Shown in pieces: positions 18,823 to 34,687 of a stretch of DNA of 64,000 bases. The stretch is from an uncultured Verrucomicrobiae bacterium (lineage in GTDB: Bacteria > Verrucomicrobiota > Verrucomicrobiia > Chthoniobacterales > JAATET01): positions 60,752-124,751 of the forward strand of contig CAVUDH010000001.1 of NCBI GenBank assembly GCA_963740185.1, given 5' to 3'. Numbering within the stretch: position 1 is the first letter of the stretch; each line of letters begins with the position of its first letter. The notes under the pieces were generated by a model, which was not told where the DNA came from, searched no databases, and worked only from the letters and a program-made list of their open reading frames with translations. Position numbers and translations under genes: made by a program.

Positions 18823-18901
18823 TACGTCTCAAACGCCGAATCGCGTTGATTTCCGGGAAGTTTTTTTTCCGGTTCAACCGAAGTGAGCCAAGCTCATCGA
18901 C

Positions 18902-20203
18902 CTACTCGTCGCCTTGGATGGCCGAGCGAAGCAACTCGAAGATCTCCGTGTTGTCCAAATATCCCGCCACCGCTTCGCTGCCCGGCCCGCTGCCCAGCAG
19001 CCACACGTCGCCACCGGTGTGATACGCCGAGTCCTTCGTCACCAGCGCCGGCTGCGCAAAGTCCGGGTCAGCGGCGTCGAGCAACTCGCCGTCGCGAAGA
19101 TTGACGTCGGGATTCCCGCCGGGGCCGCTGGCAAAGGTCAGCACGCTGGTGCCCGTGCCCGGATTGGTTCGCAGCAGAATGTCACCGCGCAAGTTGCTTT
19201 TCAGATAGCCGTTCAACGCCAGCCCGCCCGTCCCGTGATCAGTCGTCACGAGGATCAGCGTATTTTCGCTCACCGTCTCGCGCAAATAAGCCAGCGTCGC
19301 GTCCAGCTCGAGCACTTCGACGATGGCCCGCTTCGCGGTGTTCGCGTGGGACGCCTTGTCCGGCAGCGCGGCCTCGACCATCAGAAAGTAGGGTCGATCA
19401 TCGGCACGCAGGAACTCCAGTGCGGCCCGCGTCAGGTCGACGAGCCGCAACTCCCGAACTCCGTCGGCGTAATACGTAAATGTGCTTGGCGCGAAGAGTC
19501 CGAGCACCGGTGCTTTCAAACCGCCCAATTCCGACACGCTCCGGAACGCGCCCCAATCGCGAAACACCGACACCGGCGAGGCGTCCAGCGCCGCCATATT
19601 TTCCCGCACGATTTCGCGCTCACCCGCGCGGTAGTCCGCCGCCAGGCTCTCACCGCCATCGAAAAACCACATCTCTCCGCCGCCCAGAACGATATCCGCC
19701 CGTCGCCCCAGCTCGGGAATCAACTTCCCCGCGATCACCGCCGATTCGTTGCGCTGGTCGTGCTCGACCAAAAACGGAGCCGGGGTCCCCCCGGCCACGG
19801 AGTCGTCCGACACAATCCCAACCGACCAGCCAGCCTCTCGGGCGATGTCCAGGACACTTTCCCGAGCGGACGCCGGATTTCGGTCGGCCATTCCCACAAA
19901 TCCATTGGGAGCCTTCACGCCACGCGCCATCGCCGTGGCTGCCGCCGCAGAATCCGTCACCAGATCCGAAGCCGAATACGTCCGCACCACCGCCGAGTGG
20001 GGAAAATCCTCCAGCGCCAGCCTGCCCCGCACGCCCTGCGAATAAATCCGGGCCGCCGTGATCAACTCACTCGAAGTCCCGTCCGCGATCACCAGCACCA
20101 CCCCGTCGAGCGGCTCCGCCGCCGCCTCCCGAGACGGCATCACGAACACCAAACCAAGAACTCCCACCAACCGCGCCGCGCGCCTAAAATTAAAATCCAC
20201 CAT
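18902..20203 (-). CDS. Alkaline phosphatase
   Basis: LVIADG, VTDSAAAATAMARGVK, DIVLGGG, FLMVE...DKASHAN, VTTDHGTGG, HTGGDV. Confidence 0.88.
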   Translation of the reverse strand: MVDFNFRRAARLVGVLGLVFVMPSREAAAEPLDGVVLVIADGTSSELITAARIYSQGVRGRLALEDFPHSAVVRTYSASDLVTDSAAAATAMARGVKAPNGFVGMADRNPASARESVLDIAREAGWSVGIVSDDSVAGGTPAPFLVEHDQRNESAVIAGKLIPELGRRADIVLGGGEMWFFDGGESLAADYRAGEREIVRENMAALDASPVSVFRDWGAFRSVSELGGLKAPVLGLFAPSTFTYYADGVRELRLVDLTRAALEFLRADDRPYFLMVEAALPDKASHANTAKRAIVEVLELDATLAYLRETVSENTLILVTTDHGTGGLALNGYLKSNLRGDILLRTNPGTGTSVLTFASGPGGNPDVNLRDGELLDAADPDFAQPALVTKDSAYHTGGDVWLLGSGPGSEAVAGYLDNTEIFELLRSAIQGDE

Positions 20204-20333
20204 CTTTTGGCGGCAAGTTACCGGGTCCACCGCCAAGCTCAACCCATTCGACGGCGATCTCGTATTCGCAAAATCTGCGTCTCATCGCGCAACCAGCTTG
20301 ATCCGCTCCCCCATCCCCACTAGGACCCCCTGC

Positions 20334-22046
20334 GTGCCAGACCTCACTCCCGATGAGAAAATTGCCGGCCTCGTTGCTCCGGTCTTCGCGCTTCGTGGCC
20401 CCGACGACCTCGGCATCGGCGACACGGCTGCCCTCGAAGAACTCGGCGAATGGGCTGCCCGCCAGGGTCTCCGCATCATCCAGATCCTCCCCATCAACGA
20501 AAGCGGCGGCGATAACAGCCCCTACAACGTGATCAGCTCGATGGCGCTCGACCCGGTCACCATCGCGACCACCCCCGCCCGCCTGCCCGACCTCTCCAAG
20601 GCCGAATACCGCCGCATCACCGGCACCCGAGACCCCGACGCCCTCCGGACTGGTCCGGTCGATTACGCGACCGTCCGCCCGCTCAAGCGCGAATTGCTCC
20701 TCGCGGCCTACAATAAATTTACCAGTCGCGCGACTGCGAACCGCCGCGCGGATTTCGAAGCTTTCCTCGAGAAGCACCACGATTGGCTCGAGCCCTACAC
20801 GCTCTACCGCACGCTGATCGCCCTCAACGACGGCTCCGAAGTCGCCGCCCATTGGCCGGAACATCACCGCACTCTCGCCGCAGCGACGGCCTGGCTCCAG
20901 TCTCTCGAAGGCGATGACCGCGCCGAAGTCGAGCGCCTCAACGGCTTCCACCGCTACGTCCAGTGGATCGCGTATTCCCAGTGGCGCGACGTCCGCGCCC
21001 ACCTCACCAGCCTCGGCGTTTCCATCATGGGCGACATCCCCGTCGGCGTCAGCATCCACAGCTGCGACGTCTGGAGCGAACCTCAGGAGTTTGACCTCAC
21101 CCGATCCAGCGGCGCTCCGCCCGAGACGACCTTCCAGTCCGACCCGTTCATTACGCAATGGGGTCAAAATTGGGGCTTTCCCCTCTACGACTGGGACGCC
21201 ATGGCCCGCAACGACTTCGCGTGGTGGCGGCGGCGGCTGCGCGCCATGTTCGAGACTTACGACCTCGTTCGCGTGGACCACGCTCTCGGATTTTTCCGCA
21301 TCTACAGCTTCCCCTGGCGTCCCGAGGAAAACGCCAGCTTCCTCGACCTGTCAGACGACGCAGCCAAGGCCCTGACCAATGGCCGCCTCCCCGGATTCGT
21401 GCCCAACGACGACGACACCCCCCAGCACTGCGAAGCCAACCGCCGGCAGGGCGAGAAACTTTTCCAGCTCATGCTCGAGGAGACCGGCCAACACCGCCTC
21501 ATCGCCGAGGATCTCGGATCCGTCCCCCCCTACGTCCGCCCGTCCCTCGTCAAACTCGAGATCCCGGGCTTCAAGATTCCCCAGTGGGAGCGCCACCCCG
21601 ACGGCACCATCATTCTCGGGTCCGACTACCAACGCCTGTCACTCGCCTGCTACGCCACCCACGATCACCCTCCCACCCGCGCGTTCTGGACGAGTTGGTT
21701 CGAACAATCCCAGTCCACCGACCCCGACGTCTCGGGCCACGCCAATTGGGAAATGTCCGAACTCCTCCGCTTCGCCGGTCGCCCCGACCTTCTCGGCCAG
21801 CCCTTCACCGCCGAAGTCCACCGCGCCCTGCAGCACGCGCTGATGGCGTCGAACTCCTGGCTCGCCGTCCCCATGATCACCGACATTTTCGGCACCGACC
21901 ACGTCTTCAACACCCCCGGCGCCATCGGTGCGGAGAACTGGACCCAACGCCTCCCGGGCACCATCGCCGAGATGGACCGGGACTTCGCTTCAGAAATTGC
22001 CGCGCTGGGCGAGACCTTATTGGCGACAAATCGTTTACATCAATAA
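20334..22046 (+). CDS. malQ: 4-alpha-glucanotransferase (GH77)
   Basis: GIGD, QILPIN, SPYN, IMGDIPVGV, GAPP, GQNWGFPLYDW, RVDHALGFFR, IAEDLG, THDH, NTPG...NW. Confidence 0.95.
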   Translation: MPDLTPDEKIAGLVAPVFALRGPDDLGIGDTAALEELGEWAARQGLRIIQILPINESGGDNSPYNVISSMALDPVTIATTPARLPDLSKAEYRRITGTRDPDALRTGPVDYATVRPLKRELLLAAYNKFTSRATANRRADFEAFLEKHHDWLEPYTLYRTLIALNDGSEVAAHWPEHHRTLAAATAWLQSLEGDDRAEVERLNGFHRYVQWIAYSQWRDVRAHLTSLGVSIMGDIPVGVSIHSCDVWSEPQEFDLTRSSGAPPETTFQSDPFITQWGQNWGFPLYDWDAMARNDFAWWRRRLRAMFETYDLVRVDHALGFFRIYSFPWRPEENASFLDLSDDAAKALTNGRLPGFVPNDDDTPQHCEANRRQGEKLFQLMLEETGQHRLIAEDLGSVPPYVRPSLVKLEIPGFKIPQWERHPDGTIILGSDYQRLSLACYATHDHPPTRAFWTSWFEQSQSTDPDVSGHANWEMSELLRFAGRPDLLGQPFTAEVHRALQHALMASNSWLAVPMITDIFGTDHVFNTPGAIGAENWTQRLPGTIAEMDRDFASEIAALGETLLATNRLHQ

Positions 22047-22108
22047 TTTCGCCAAACGGCCCAGGACTTGCTTACTCACGGCGCGGATTTTCAACTCGAA
22101 TTTTAACC

Positions 22109-22414
22109 ATGGCAAATTTAACAAAACGAGATCTGGTCGTTCGGATCAGCAACGAAACCGGTCAGACTCAGCAGCAAGTCTTCGACGTGGTGCAGAAAAC
22201 GCTCGACTACATCACCGACGCCCTGGCCGACGGGAACAACGTGGAACTCCGCAATTTCGGCGTCTTCGAGGTCAAGCTCACGAAATCACGCGTCGGGCGC
22301 AATCCCAACAAGCCCGAGAACGACGTCGTCATCCCCGCTCGAGCGACGGTCAAATTCAAAGCTGGCAAAGTCATGCGACAAAGAGTTCTCATGCTCACGG
22401 ATGCGATGAAGTAG
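22109..22414 (+). CDS. HU/IHF family DNA-binding protein
   Basis: NLTKRDLV, VELRNFGVFEVK, RVGRNPN, VKFKAGK. Confidence 0.95.
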   Translation: MANLTKRDLVVRISNETGQTQQQVFDVVQKTLDYITDALADGNNVELRNFGVFEVKLTKSRVGRNPNKPENDVVIPARATVKFKAGKVMRQRVLMLTDAMK

Positions 22415-22455
22415 CCTCGCCAACCCGCCTCTTTCCCACCGACTCATCCCCGTTA

Positions 22456-22490
22456 AATCTGCAATCCACAATCGGAAATCCAAAATTGGA
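22456..22490. repeat. Degenerate heptamer tandem (AATCnnn)x5 upstream of uvrA
   Basis: aatctgc aatccac aatcgga aatccaa aattgga. Confidence 0.7.
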
Positions 22491-22526
22491 AGTCCGCCCC
22501 CTTGCCTAGGCGCGTAGTATCCTCCC

Positions 22527-28095
<5,569 letters not shown>

Positions 28096-28312
28096 GGATG
28101 GAGGATGGAGTCAGGTGAGAGTTCGTAGTTGAGAGTTGAATTCCTCGAACTCGAGAGTTTTGAGGTGCGTCGTCCCTCCCCAGCCCTAAACGATCACCTT
28201 TCCCATCCAGAGTGAGATTTTGAGCCGGGTCCGATTTCTTTGCGACCTTTGCGCCTTCTGTTCAAAAAACCAGCCAGCGAGCTCTTGTTGGCGGCTGGAA
28301 GCCGCCACACCG

Positions 28313-29194
28313 TTACTGAGCGGCGGCGATCTTTTCCGGCGCGCTGGCGGCGGCGACTTCTTCCGCGCGGGACTTCACTTTGCCAGCGAACCATTCGTCG
28401 TATTCCGCCTGACTCACCACGCGAATCGGCGCCTTCATGTTGTAGTGCCCCGAGCCGCAGAGCTGACTGCACGCGAGTTCGAAATTTCCTTCGCGGGTTG
28501 TCACGAACCAGACCCAGTCGATTGTCCGACCAGGCACGGCGTCCTGGTACAACCGGAACTCAGGAACGTAGAACGAGTGAATCACGTCGCGGGACCGCAA
28601 AATGATGTGAACCGGCTTCCCAACCGGGATGACCAGTTCGGTCGACGAAAAATCGTCAGATTGATCGAAGTCGTCCCGGACCAGACCGAACTTGTTCTCC
28701 GTTCCACCCAGTTGGGCGAGATCAACCGGGTCCAAGACGCCGTCCGCGCCGCCGTAGCGCAGGTCCCACGCGTACTGGTAGCCGACGACCTCGACGGTGA
28801 CGGCATCGACGGGCGGCGCCGTTTTCGTGATCTGATTCCACACGTGGTCACCCCAGATCGCGAGCGCGAGGAAGATCACGGTCGGCAGTGCCGTCCAGAT
28901 CAACTCCGCCTTGTTGTTCCCGTGGATGTAATACGCCTTCACGCCCGGACGACGCCGGTAACGAATGAGGTAGTAGATATAAAAGCCCTGAGTGAGAACG
29001 AAGACACCGGCCGTGAGCCAAAAGATGACGTTGATGATCACGTCGATCTTCTCGGCGTTCGTCGTCGCGCTCGGCGGAGTCCAATACGGATTGTTGGTCC
29101 GCTGCTCGGCCATGAGGTCCGGGCAGAGACCGGCCACCAACAAAAACCCGAGGAAAAACAGGAATCGGACTTTAGAAAACGGGAGGCACTTCAT
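28313..29194 (-). CDS. coxB: Cytochrome c oxidase subunit II (CuA)
   Basis: ELIWTALP, GYQYAW, SRDVIHSF, DAVPG, CSQLCGSGHYNM. Confidence 0.92.
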   Translation of the reverse strand: MKCLPFSKVRFLFFLGFLLVAGLCPDLMAEQRTNNPYWTPPSATTNAEKIDVIINVIFWLTAGVFVLTQGFYIYYLIRYRRRPGVKAYYIHGNNKAELIWTALPTVIFLALAIWGDHVWNQITKTAPPVDAVTVEVVGYQYAWDLRYGGADGVLDPVDLAQLGGTENKFGLVRDDFDQSDDFSSTELVIPVGKPVHIILRSRDVIHSFYVPEFRLYQDAVPGRTIDWVWFVTTREGNFELACSQLCGSGHYNMKAPIRVVSQAEYDEWFAGKVKSRAEEVAAASAPEKIAAAQ

Positions 29195-29252
29195 CGGGTC
29201 GAAAGGCTAAGGGCTGTGGGAGCGTTGTGCAAATGGGAGGTCGACGCTTCGG

Positions 29253-30002
29253 TCACGCACCAGCCGGGGTAGTGGGCGCCGCGGCGTCCGGTTCAGGGGC
29301 TGCGGCACCATCAGCGCCCTCTTCAGCCGGTGCCTCCGAACCGGCGTCAGCCGCTGGTCCTCCACCCGCTTCGGAAATCAACTGCCGGGGGATCGCCTGC
29401 AGGGCGGCTTGCGTCCAGGGCTCGCTCCGATCCGCCGTTTCTTCGCGAATCAAGGCGACGTAATCCGAAGTGATCGGCTCGGCTTGATTTCCCCATTCGT
29501 TGCGAATGTAGGTCAATACCCCGGCGATTTCGGAATCTTTCAGCTGCTTCCAGGCGGGCATCGCGTTGTTGTAAATATTACCCTTCACCTCGACCGGACC
29601 CTGGAGCCCCTGAAGTAGCACTTTCACCAGGTGATTATCCCCGTGCCAATCGCCATCAAGAACCCAGCCGCTGGCAACCAGCGGTGGGAATTGACCCGCG
29701 ACGCCCAATCCGTCCGCTTTGTGGCAGACCACGCAATTCGCGGAGTAAATTCGCTTGCCGAGCACCATCGGATCGGGAGGACCCGCCGGACCACCGCCGC
29801 CGCCGCTCCAAGAGACCTGAGTGGCGTTGAAAACGTCCGACTGAAAGCCGCCGCTATTCAGCCCCAGGTAAAGCGCAGCCCACCCAACCAACACGACGGC
29901 GAGGATCCAGAGCCACGAAGGAACCGGAGCTGCTGCAGCTGTCGGCTCACCGGGGTCGGCGGCCGGGAGCTTGTCGGACGATGGAGAATGCGGGTCGGTC
30001 AC
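29253..30002 (-). CDS. Membrane-anchored monoheme cytochrome c
   Basis: TM helix; GKRIYSANCVVCH, FPPL, YNNAMP, VLTYIRNEWGN. Start is GTG at 30002. Confidence 0.9.
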   Translation of the reverse strand: MTDPHSPSSDKLPAADPGEPTAAAAPVPSWLWILAVVLVGWAALYLGLNSGGFQSDVFNATQVSWSGGGGGPAGPPDPMVLGKRIYSANCVVCHKADGLGVAGQFPPLVASGWVLDGDWHGDNHLVKVLLQGLQGPVEVKGNIYNNAMPAWKQLKDSEIAGVLTYIRNEWGNQAEPITSDYVALIREETADRSEPWTQAALQAIPRQLISEAGGGPAADAGSEAPAEEGADGAAAPEPDAAAPTTPAGA

Positions 30003-30017
30003 TTTGACAAAAATTGG

Positions 30018-30647
30018 TTACTCTTCTTCGGCGGGAGCCGGTGCTTCGGGAAGCGGGTAGTCGCGCTTCAGCGACATAAGATACGAAACGAGGTCCTGAG
30101 CCGGTTTCGTCGGGACGATCTCGTAGCCGGGTTTCGGCTGCCAGGGTCCCTCGACGGCAACCGCCAGCTCGCTGCTTTGGCCGGAAATTTTCCGCTCTTC
30201 GAAGAGGTAACGGTAAGCTGGCATATTCGAGCCAGGAGTCATCACGGTCGGCTCGTAAAGCATGCGGTAGAGGTAGGCAGCTTCGGTTTGCCGGAGTCCG
30301 ATGTTGCTCAGATCCGACCCGATGCGTTCGATTCCGAGGAACGGCATCGTCGTCCGGAGGTAATCGCGCGGCACCGTCTGACGGGGTCCGAGCTCGCGGG
30401 TGATGTCGGTGAACTGGGGAAGCGGGCGAACCTGTTGACTGTGGCAGGAGACGCAGCCATTCGCTGCGTAAACGTTCTGACCCAGCGTCGCGGTCCCGGG
30501 CCACGGAGGGGGGACCATGGCACCCGTCTCCTCGGAAACCTCAGGTTGCAGGCTACCCTGGCTCACGTAAGCGTAAGCCACGATTCCCAACCAGGAGGAC
30601 GAGAAAACGACCAGAATTCCCAAAAATAATTTCGGCAGCGTGCTCAT
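30018..30647 (-). CDS. cbb3-type oxidase subunit II-like cytochrome c (CcoO/FixO-like)
   Basis: GQNVYAANGCVSCHSQQVRP, RIGSDLSNIG, PGSNMPAYRYLF. Confidence 0.85.
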   Translation of the reverse strand: MSTLPKLFLGILVVFSSSWLGIVAYAYVSQGSLQPEVSEETGAMVPPPWPGTATLGQNVYAANGCVSCHSQQVRPLPQFTDITRELGPRQTVPRDYLRTTMPFLGIERIGSDLSNIGLRQTEAAYLYRMLYEPTVMTPGSNMPAYRYLFEERKISGQSSELAVAVEGPWQPKPGYEIVPTKPAQDLVSYLMSLKRDYPLPEAPAPAEEE

Positions 30648-32117
30648 ACGGAAACAACCTCCCTCTCGTCCACCGCCGGGGTCGACGCCGTGCTGACCTT
30701 TTCCGCCACAACGATCGGACGGGCCAGGGTCACGGCCAACGTCGTGGCAAACATCACGTTCACCGCCAACAGGGTCAGCTCGCTGATCGCGACCATCACC
30801 CGGTAGGGCTCGGCGAATTTAAGACTGTAAATAAAAGTCACTCCGGGATCGCGCATCGAGAATCCCTGAGTCATCCCACCAATCAACGCACAAGTGACAA
30901 TCATTCCGAGTGCCGCAACGCTCAGCCAGAGAATCACCGGGCGCAGACCGATCAGAGCCGTTTGCGAGCCGTAGAGCCTCGGTAGCACCGAGTAGATGGC
31001 TCCGAAGAACGTGAGAGTCACCATCCCGCCAACCACCAGCGTCGACAGGCCCGAGGTCACCATCGTGAAGTGGTAAAGACTGTTCACGGACGGGAAGACG
31101 ATCATCGATTGCAGAGCGACGAACAGTGCGTAGCAGGAGAACCCGGCCACAAAAAAGGGCAGCGTGACGCTTTGGTCCGGAGTTGGCGCGCCGGCTGCCG
31201 TCATCCGCAAGTTCGCGCCGACGGCCAGCATGGGGAGCAGTAGCAGCACCGTGGCCACCACGCTCGCGCTGACCAACCAGACCGGAACCGGACCACCAAT
31301 CAGTTGATTCAGATCCGCTCCAATTTGCCAAAACGAGCAACGACCAAAATCCGAAAACTGCCAATCCGTAGCTGTAAACCGGACGGCCCAGCGCTCGGGG
31401 AATGAAGTAGTAAATGAGGCCCAACGCGATTGGCACGAGCCAGAGATGGATGATCCCGTTGGTGAACCAGGCGTGGATCGGACCCGTTGCCGAGCCCGGC
31501 ACCGGGCTCCAGACGAGCAGCACATTTGCGGTCGCGTAGAGCCACGGGAAAGCGAGGAACGCCGCCAGCAGATACCACATCGAGACGTAGACCGCTCCCG
31601 GTCGGCGCAGACGGAACATCACAAAGGCCCACGACGCGATCAGTCCGTAGGCGATCAGCAGGATCGGCGAGATTCCAGCCGGCATCTCGAGCAATCGCAG
31701 CGAGGAACTTCCACCCCCGAGAATGGACAGCACGCCGACCAGCAGGGCCAGGTTCCAAAGAATCGCACCGCAGATGAGCAGAGCGTGGTTACGCAACTCA
31801 ACCCCACTCAGACGAGTCGTCAGCCAAATTCCGAGACCGATTCCAGCCTGCGAAGCCCATCCGTAAATGAGCGCGTTCATCGACGCGGGTTGGACCCGTC
31901 CGTAGCTGAGAAAGGCGAGGCCATCAAAGAGGCGGGGCAGAACCAGCTCGAACGCGGCCAGCGTCGCGAGCAGCGATCCGACCACCAGCCACACCGTTCC
32001 CAGGCCCACGAAGAGCAGGACGGGGCCACGAGTGGAGCGGTCGATCAGAGCCTGACCGCTGTAAGCCAGAGATCCGGGATTCATCGAGGGATGGACGTTG
32101 GACGTTCCGGCGGTCAT
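30644..32117 (-). CDS. cbb3-type oxidase subunit I-like protein lacking heme/Cu histidines (frameshift near 31315)
   Basis: CcoN-like YGRVQP..NALIYGW, LLEMP, YVSMWY, YYFIP...PVYSYGL..FGFW, LIGGPVP, HFT; His ligands replaced. Confidence 0.78.
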
Positions 32118-32761
32118 GAGGGTTCGTTCGTTGGGGCCGGCTCGGGCGAGTTGGCAGGATCCGCACCGGGCGGGGTCGGCTCGGCCTCGGCGGCAGGCTC
32201 ATCCGGGGATTGATCGGAATCTTCAGCGGCAGCCTCCGGTGACGGTTCAGCTTCCGGGGTAGCGGACGCCTCGGCTGCAGCGGGCGCCTCGGCTGCAGCG
32301 GGCGGCGTCGCCGCAACCGGGTCGGCTGGCGCGGGATTGCCGGTCGGCCCGGCAGCAGCGTCGGGCTCAGCAGCAGCGTCAGATTCGGCTCCCGCATCCG
32401 GATCTGCGGGCGCGGCAACCGCCGGGGCTGGAGTCGCGATTGGGTAAGCAGCCCGTGGTTCCTGCTCGTTCAGGTTCGCCAGTTCCAGTTCCATGGCCTG
32501 CTGGATCGGAATTCGAACGATGCCCTTCTCGCGGTCGATCCATCCGTAGCCCTCGAGCTCCGCCTGGTCAGCGGCCGTCAACTCTTCCAAATTCGCCCGG
32601 CGAACCTCGGCCTTCTCCGCGTCGTCGTTGGGCCCGGTGGAACCCGACCGCAGCAGCCAGGCTGCTGCCCAGAAGATCGCGATCATCGCGAGCGCGCCGA
32701 AGAACATCGGCCAAACCGACCGCTCACTGGTCGGTTGAGGAGTGGGGTGAGTGTCAGACAT
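32114..32761 (-). CDS. Single-TM hypothetical protein of the ACIII operon, Ala/Pro/Glu-rich tail
   Basis: YGWIDREKGIVRIPIQQAMEL; operon position after the ActF-like gene. Confidence 0.7.
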   Translation of the reverse strand: MSDTHPTPQPTSERSVWPMFFGALAMIAIFWAAAWLLRSGSTGPNDDAEKAEVRRANLEELTAADQAELEGYGWIDREKGIVRIPIQQAMELELANLNEQEPRAAYPIATPAPAVAAPADPDAGAESDAAAEPDAAAGPTGNPAPADPVAATPPAAAEAPAAAEASATPEAEPSPEAAAEDSDQSPDEPAAEAEPTPPGADPANSPEPAPTNEPS

Positions 32762-33993
32762 CAGTTCTTGAGATTGATCGACAGCAGCAGGCGAGGATCC
32801 TTCGCGGGGAAGAGACTCGAGTCACCCAGCCGCTTGAGGAAGACCGCCGCCAGGAGACAGCCAATGCCAAGCGGGCAAAGCAAGTCCAGCGGATGAATCG
32901 CGACGCCGGCCTTGTGCAGCTCCGGCAGAATCACGACGTAAAGATCCATGAAGTGCATGATCAGAATCCAGACCGCCATTCCGCAGAGATAATACGGTTT
33001 CCGCTTCAGTGGCTGGGGCAGTAGAAGCAGGAACGGGATGAAGAAATGCCCGATCATGAGAAATTGGCTCAAATACCACCAGGACTCGGTGTTGCGGCGC
33101 AGAAACCAGATCGTTTCTTCCGGAATGTTTGCGTACCAGATCAGCATATATTGGCTGAATCCGATGTAGGCCCAGAAGACGGTGAACGCGAACATGAGCT
33201 TACCCATGATGTGGTAGTGCTCGATCGTGACGACTTCCTTGAGGTAACCAGCGCTCTGGATGGCGGTGATGATCAACACCAACACGCACATCGAACTGAG
33301 GGCCGTCCCGGCGAAGATGTAGACGCCCCACATGGTCGAGAACCAGTGATAATCGAGGCCCATGAGGTAATCGATGGAGGCGAAGGTCAGCGTGATCGCG
33401 AAAAGCGGTAACGTTGCGAACGTGAGTTTGCGGTTCCAAACCGTGTATTTCGGATCACCCGCCGCGTCCTGTGCGATGGAGTTTCGCCGGAACAGCCACG
33501 TCACCAGCGCGAGGAAACCAAAGTAAAACGCGCACCGAGCCCAGAAGAATGCCGGCGTGAGGTAAGGCCACTTCGCGGTCAGCAGAGGATCATCCGCGTT
33601 CTCGGGCAGCATCCAATGCCAGAGGTGGTCCTTCACGAAAATCAGCGGGATGAAGAGGATCCCGACAAAGATCAGCAAACTGCCGAGATTTTCCATCTGG
33701 CGACGCACGGTCACCGACCACTCGGCGTCGACCCCGTGGTGAACGAGCGTCCAGAAGAGCCCCCCGAGGCAGATCGTGAAGAAAAAGAAGAATGCGAACA
33801 GGTAGGAGAACGCGAATTGCGCGGGCTGGAAAAATCCCCAGATGAAGCTCCCCAAGAGCGCCAAACCTCCGACGAGGCCGAGGATCAAGAACTTGCCGCC
33901 GACGTGCTTGTAGTCAAAAATCTCGGCGGGCGGTGGTCCCGCAGGCGAGTGCCCGTGGTGCGCGGGGGCGGAGGTTTCCAGAGAAGCGGACAT
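32761..33993 (-). CDS. actF: Alternative complex III subunit ActF-like membrane protein
   Basis: AFSYL, AEWSVTVRR, WHWM, YLTPAFFWAR, HWFSTMWG, HYHIMGKLMFAFTVFWAYIGFSQYMLIWYANIPEET. Confidence 0.85.
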   Translation of the reverse strand: MSASLETSAPAHHGHSPAGPPPAEIFDYKHVGGKFLILGLVGGLALLGSFIWGFFQPAQFAFSYLFAFFFFFTICLGGLFWTLVHHGVDAEWSVTVRRQMENLGSLLIFVGILFIPLIFVKDHLWHWMLPENADDPLLTAKWPYLTPAFFWARCAFYFGFLALVTWLFRRNSIAQDAAGDPKYTVWNRKLTFATLPLFAITLTFASIDYLMGLDYHWFSTMWGVYIFAGTALSSMCVLVLIITAIQSAGYLKEVVTIEHYHIMGKLMFAFTVFWAYIGFSQYMLIWYANIPEETIWFLRRNTESWWYLSQFLMIGHFFIPFLLLLPQPLKRKPYYLCGMAVWILIMHFMDLYVVILPELHKAGVAIHPLDLLCPLGIGCLLAAVFLKRLGDSSLFPAKDPRLLLSINLKN

Positions 33994-33997
33994 GCGG

Positions 33998-34687
33998 TTA
34001 TTGCTGAGATTCGAGTTGCGCCCGTTCGGCCTCCGGAACGTCGGCCATGGTCCCCTGCCACGAGCGTTGCAGCGACCGAACGTAGGCGACGATCGCCCAG
34101 CGGTCCTGGACCTGAATGTTGTGGCCGTAGCCCATCATCGTATTTTTACCGTGGGTGATCGTGTTGAAAATCTCGCCGTCAGCCATCTCCAGGAAGCGGT
34201 CCTGGTGCAGATTCGCGATGCCGACGATCCCGTATTTCGACGTAATGCCATTACCCTGGCCGGTCGCGCCATGGCAAACCGCGCAACTGATCGCGTACCG
34301 CTGCTGACCCCGCGCGAGAATGTCCGAGGTCACCTCGAACGGAACCCCGGTCCCCCACTGGTCGCCGAACTTACCGGTATCGAAATAACCGGGCGCGCCG
34401 CTGAACCGGATCGACTTGTAGGGACCTGCCGCCGCGACGTTCGCTGCCTGGTCACCCGCCTCGAGTGGCATCGCGTAGCCCATCGGGACGGTTCCCGCCA
34501 CGGGCACCCGGGTCGCTGATCCATCGGCGAAAAAATCGCTCGGTTTCTGCGCCTTCACCTTGGGCTGGTGATCCATGTCGGGAAAGATCTCGATCGGGCG
34601 CGATTCGAAACGCTGCCCACGGAAACCTGCCAGCGCCACAACCGTCACGACGGCCAGCGCGAAGAAAATGAAAAAGTATTTGAGCAT
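33998..34687 (-). CDS. actE: Alternative complex III subunit ActE-like monoheme cytochrome c
   Basis: FPDMDHQPKVKAQ, RVPVAGTVP, RGQQRYAISCAVCHG, DGEIFNTITHGKNTMMGY, DRWAIVAYVRSLQ. Confidence 0.85.
   Translation of the reverse strand: MLKYFFIFFALAVVTVVALAGFRGQRFESRPIEIFPDMDHQPKVKAQKPSDFFADGSATRVPVAGTVPMGYAMPLEAGDQAANVAAAGPYKSIRFSGAPGYFDTGKFGDQWGTGVPFEVTSDILARGQQRYAISCAVCHGATGQGNGITSKYGIVGIANLHQDRFLEMADGEIFNTITHGKNTMMGYGHNIQVQDRWAIVAYVRSLQRSWQGTMADVPEAERAQLESQQ

Noticed and set aside
21158-22414. 418-aa ORF ending in an HU domain, suggesting a fusion
   Set aside because: The upstream part is an alternative frame of malQ. HU starts at ATG 22109.
28430-28480. CuA motif variant CSQLCG (Glu to Gln) as a sign of inactive CoxB
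   Set aside because: This residue ligates through its backbone carbonyl and such variants are common. Both Cys, both His and the Met are present.
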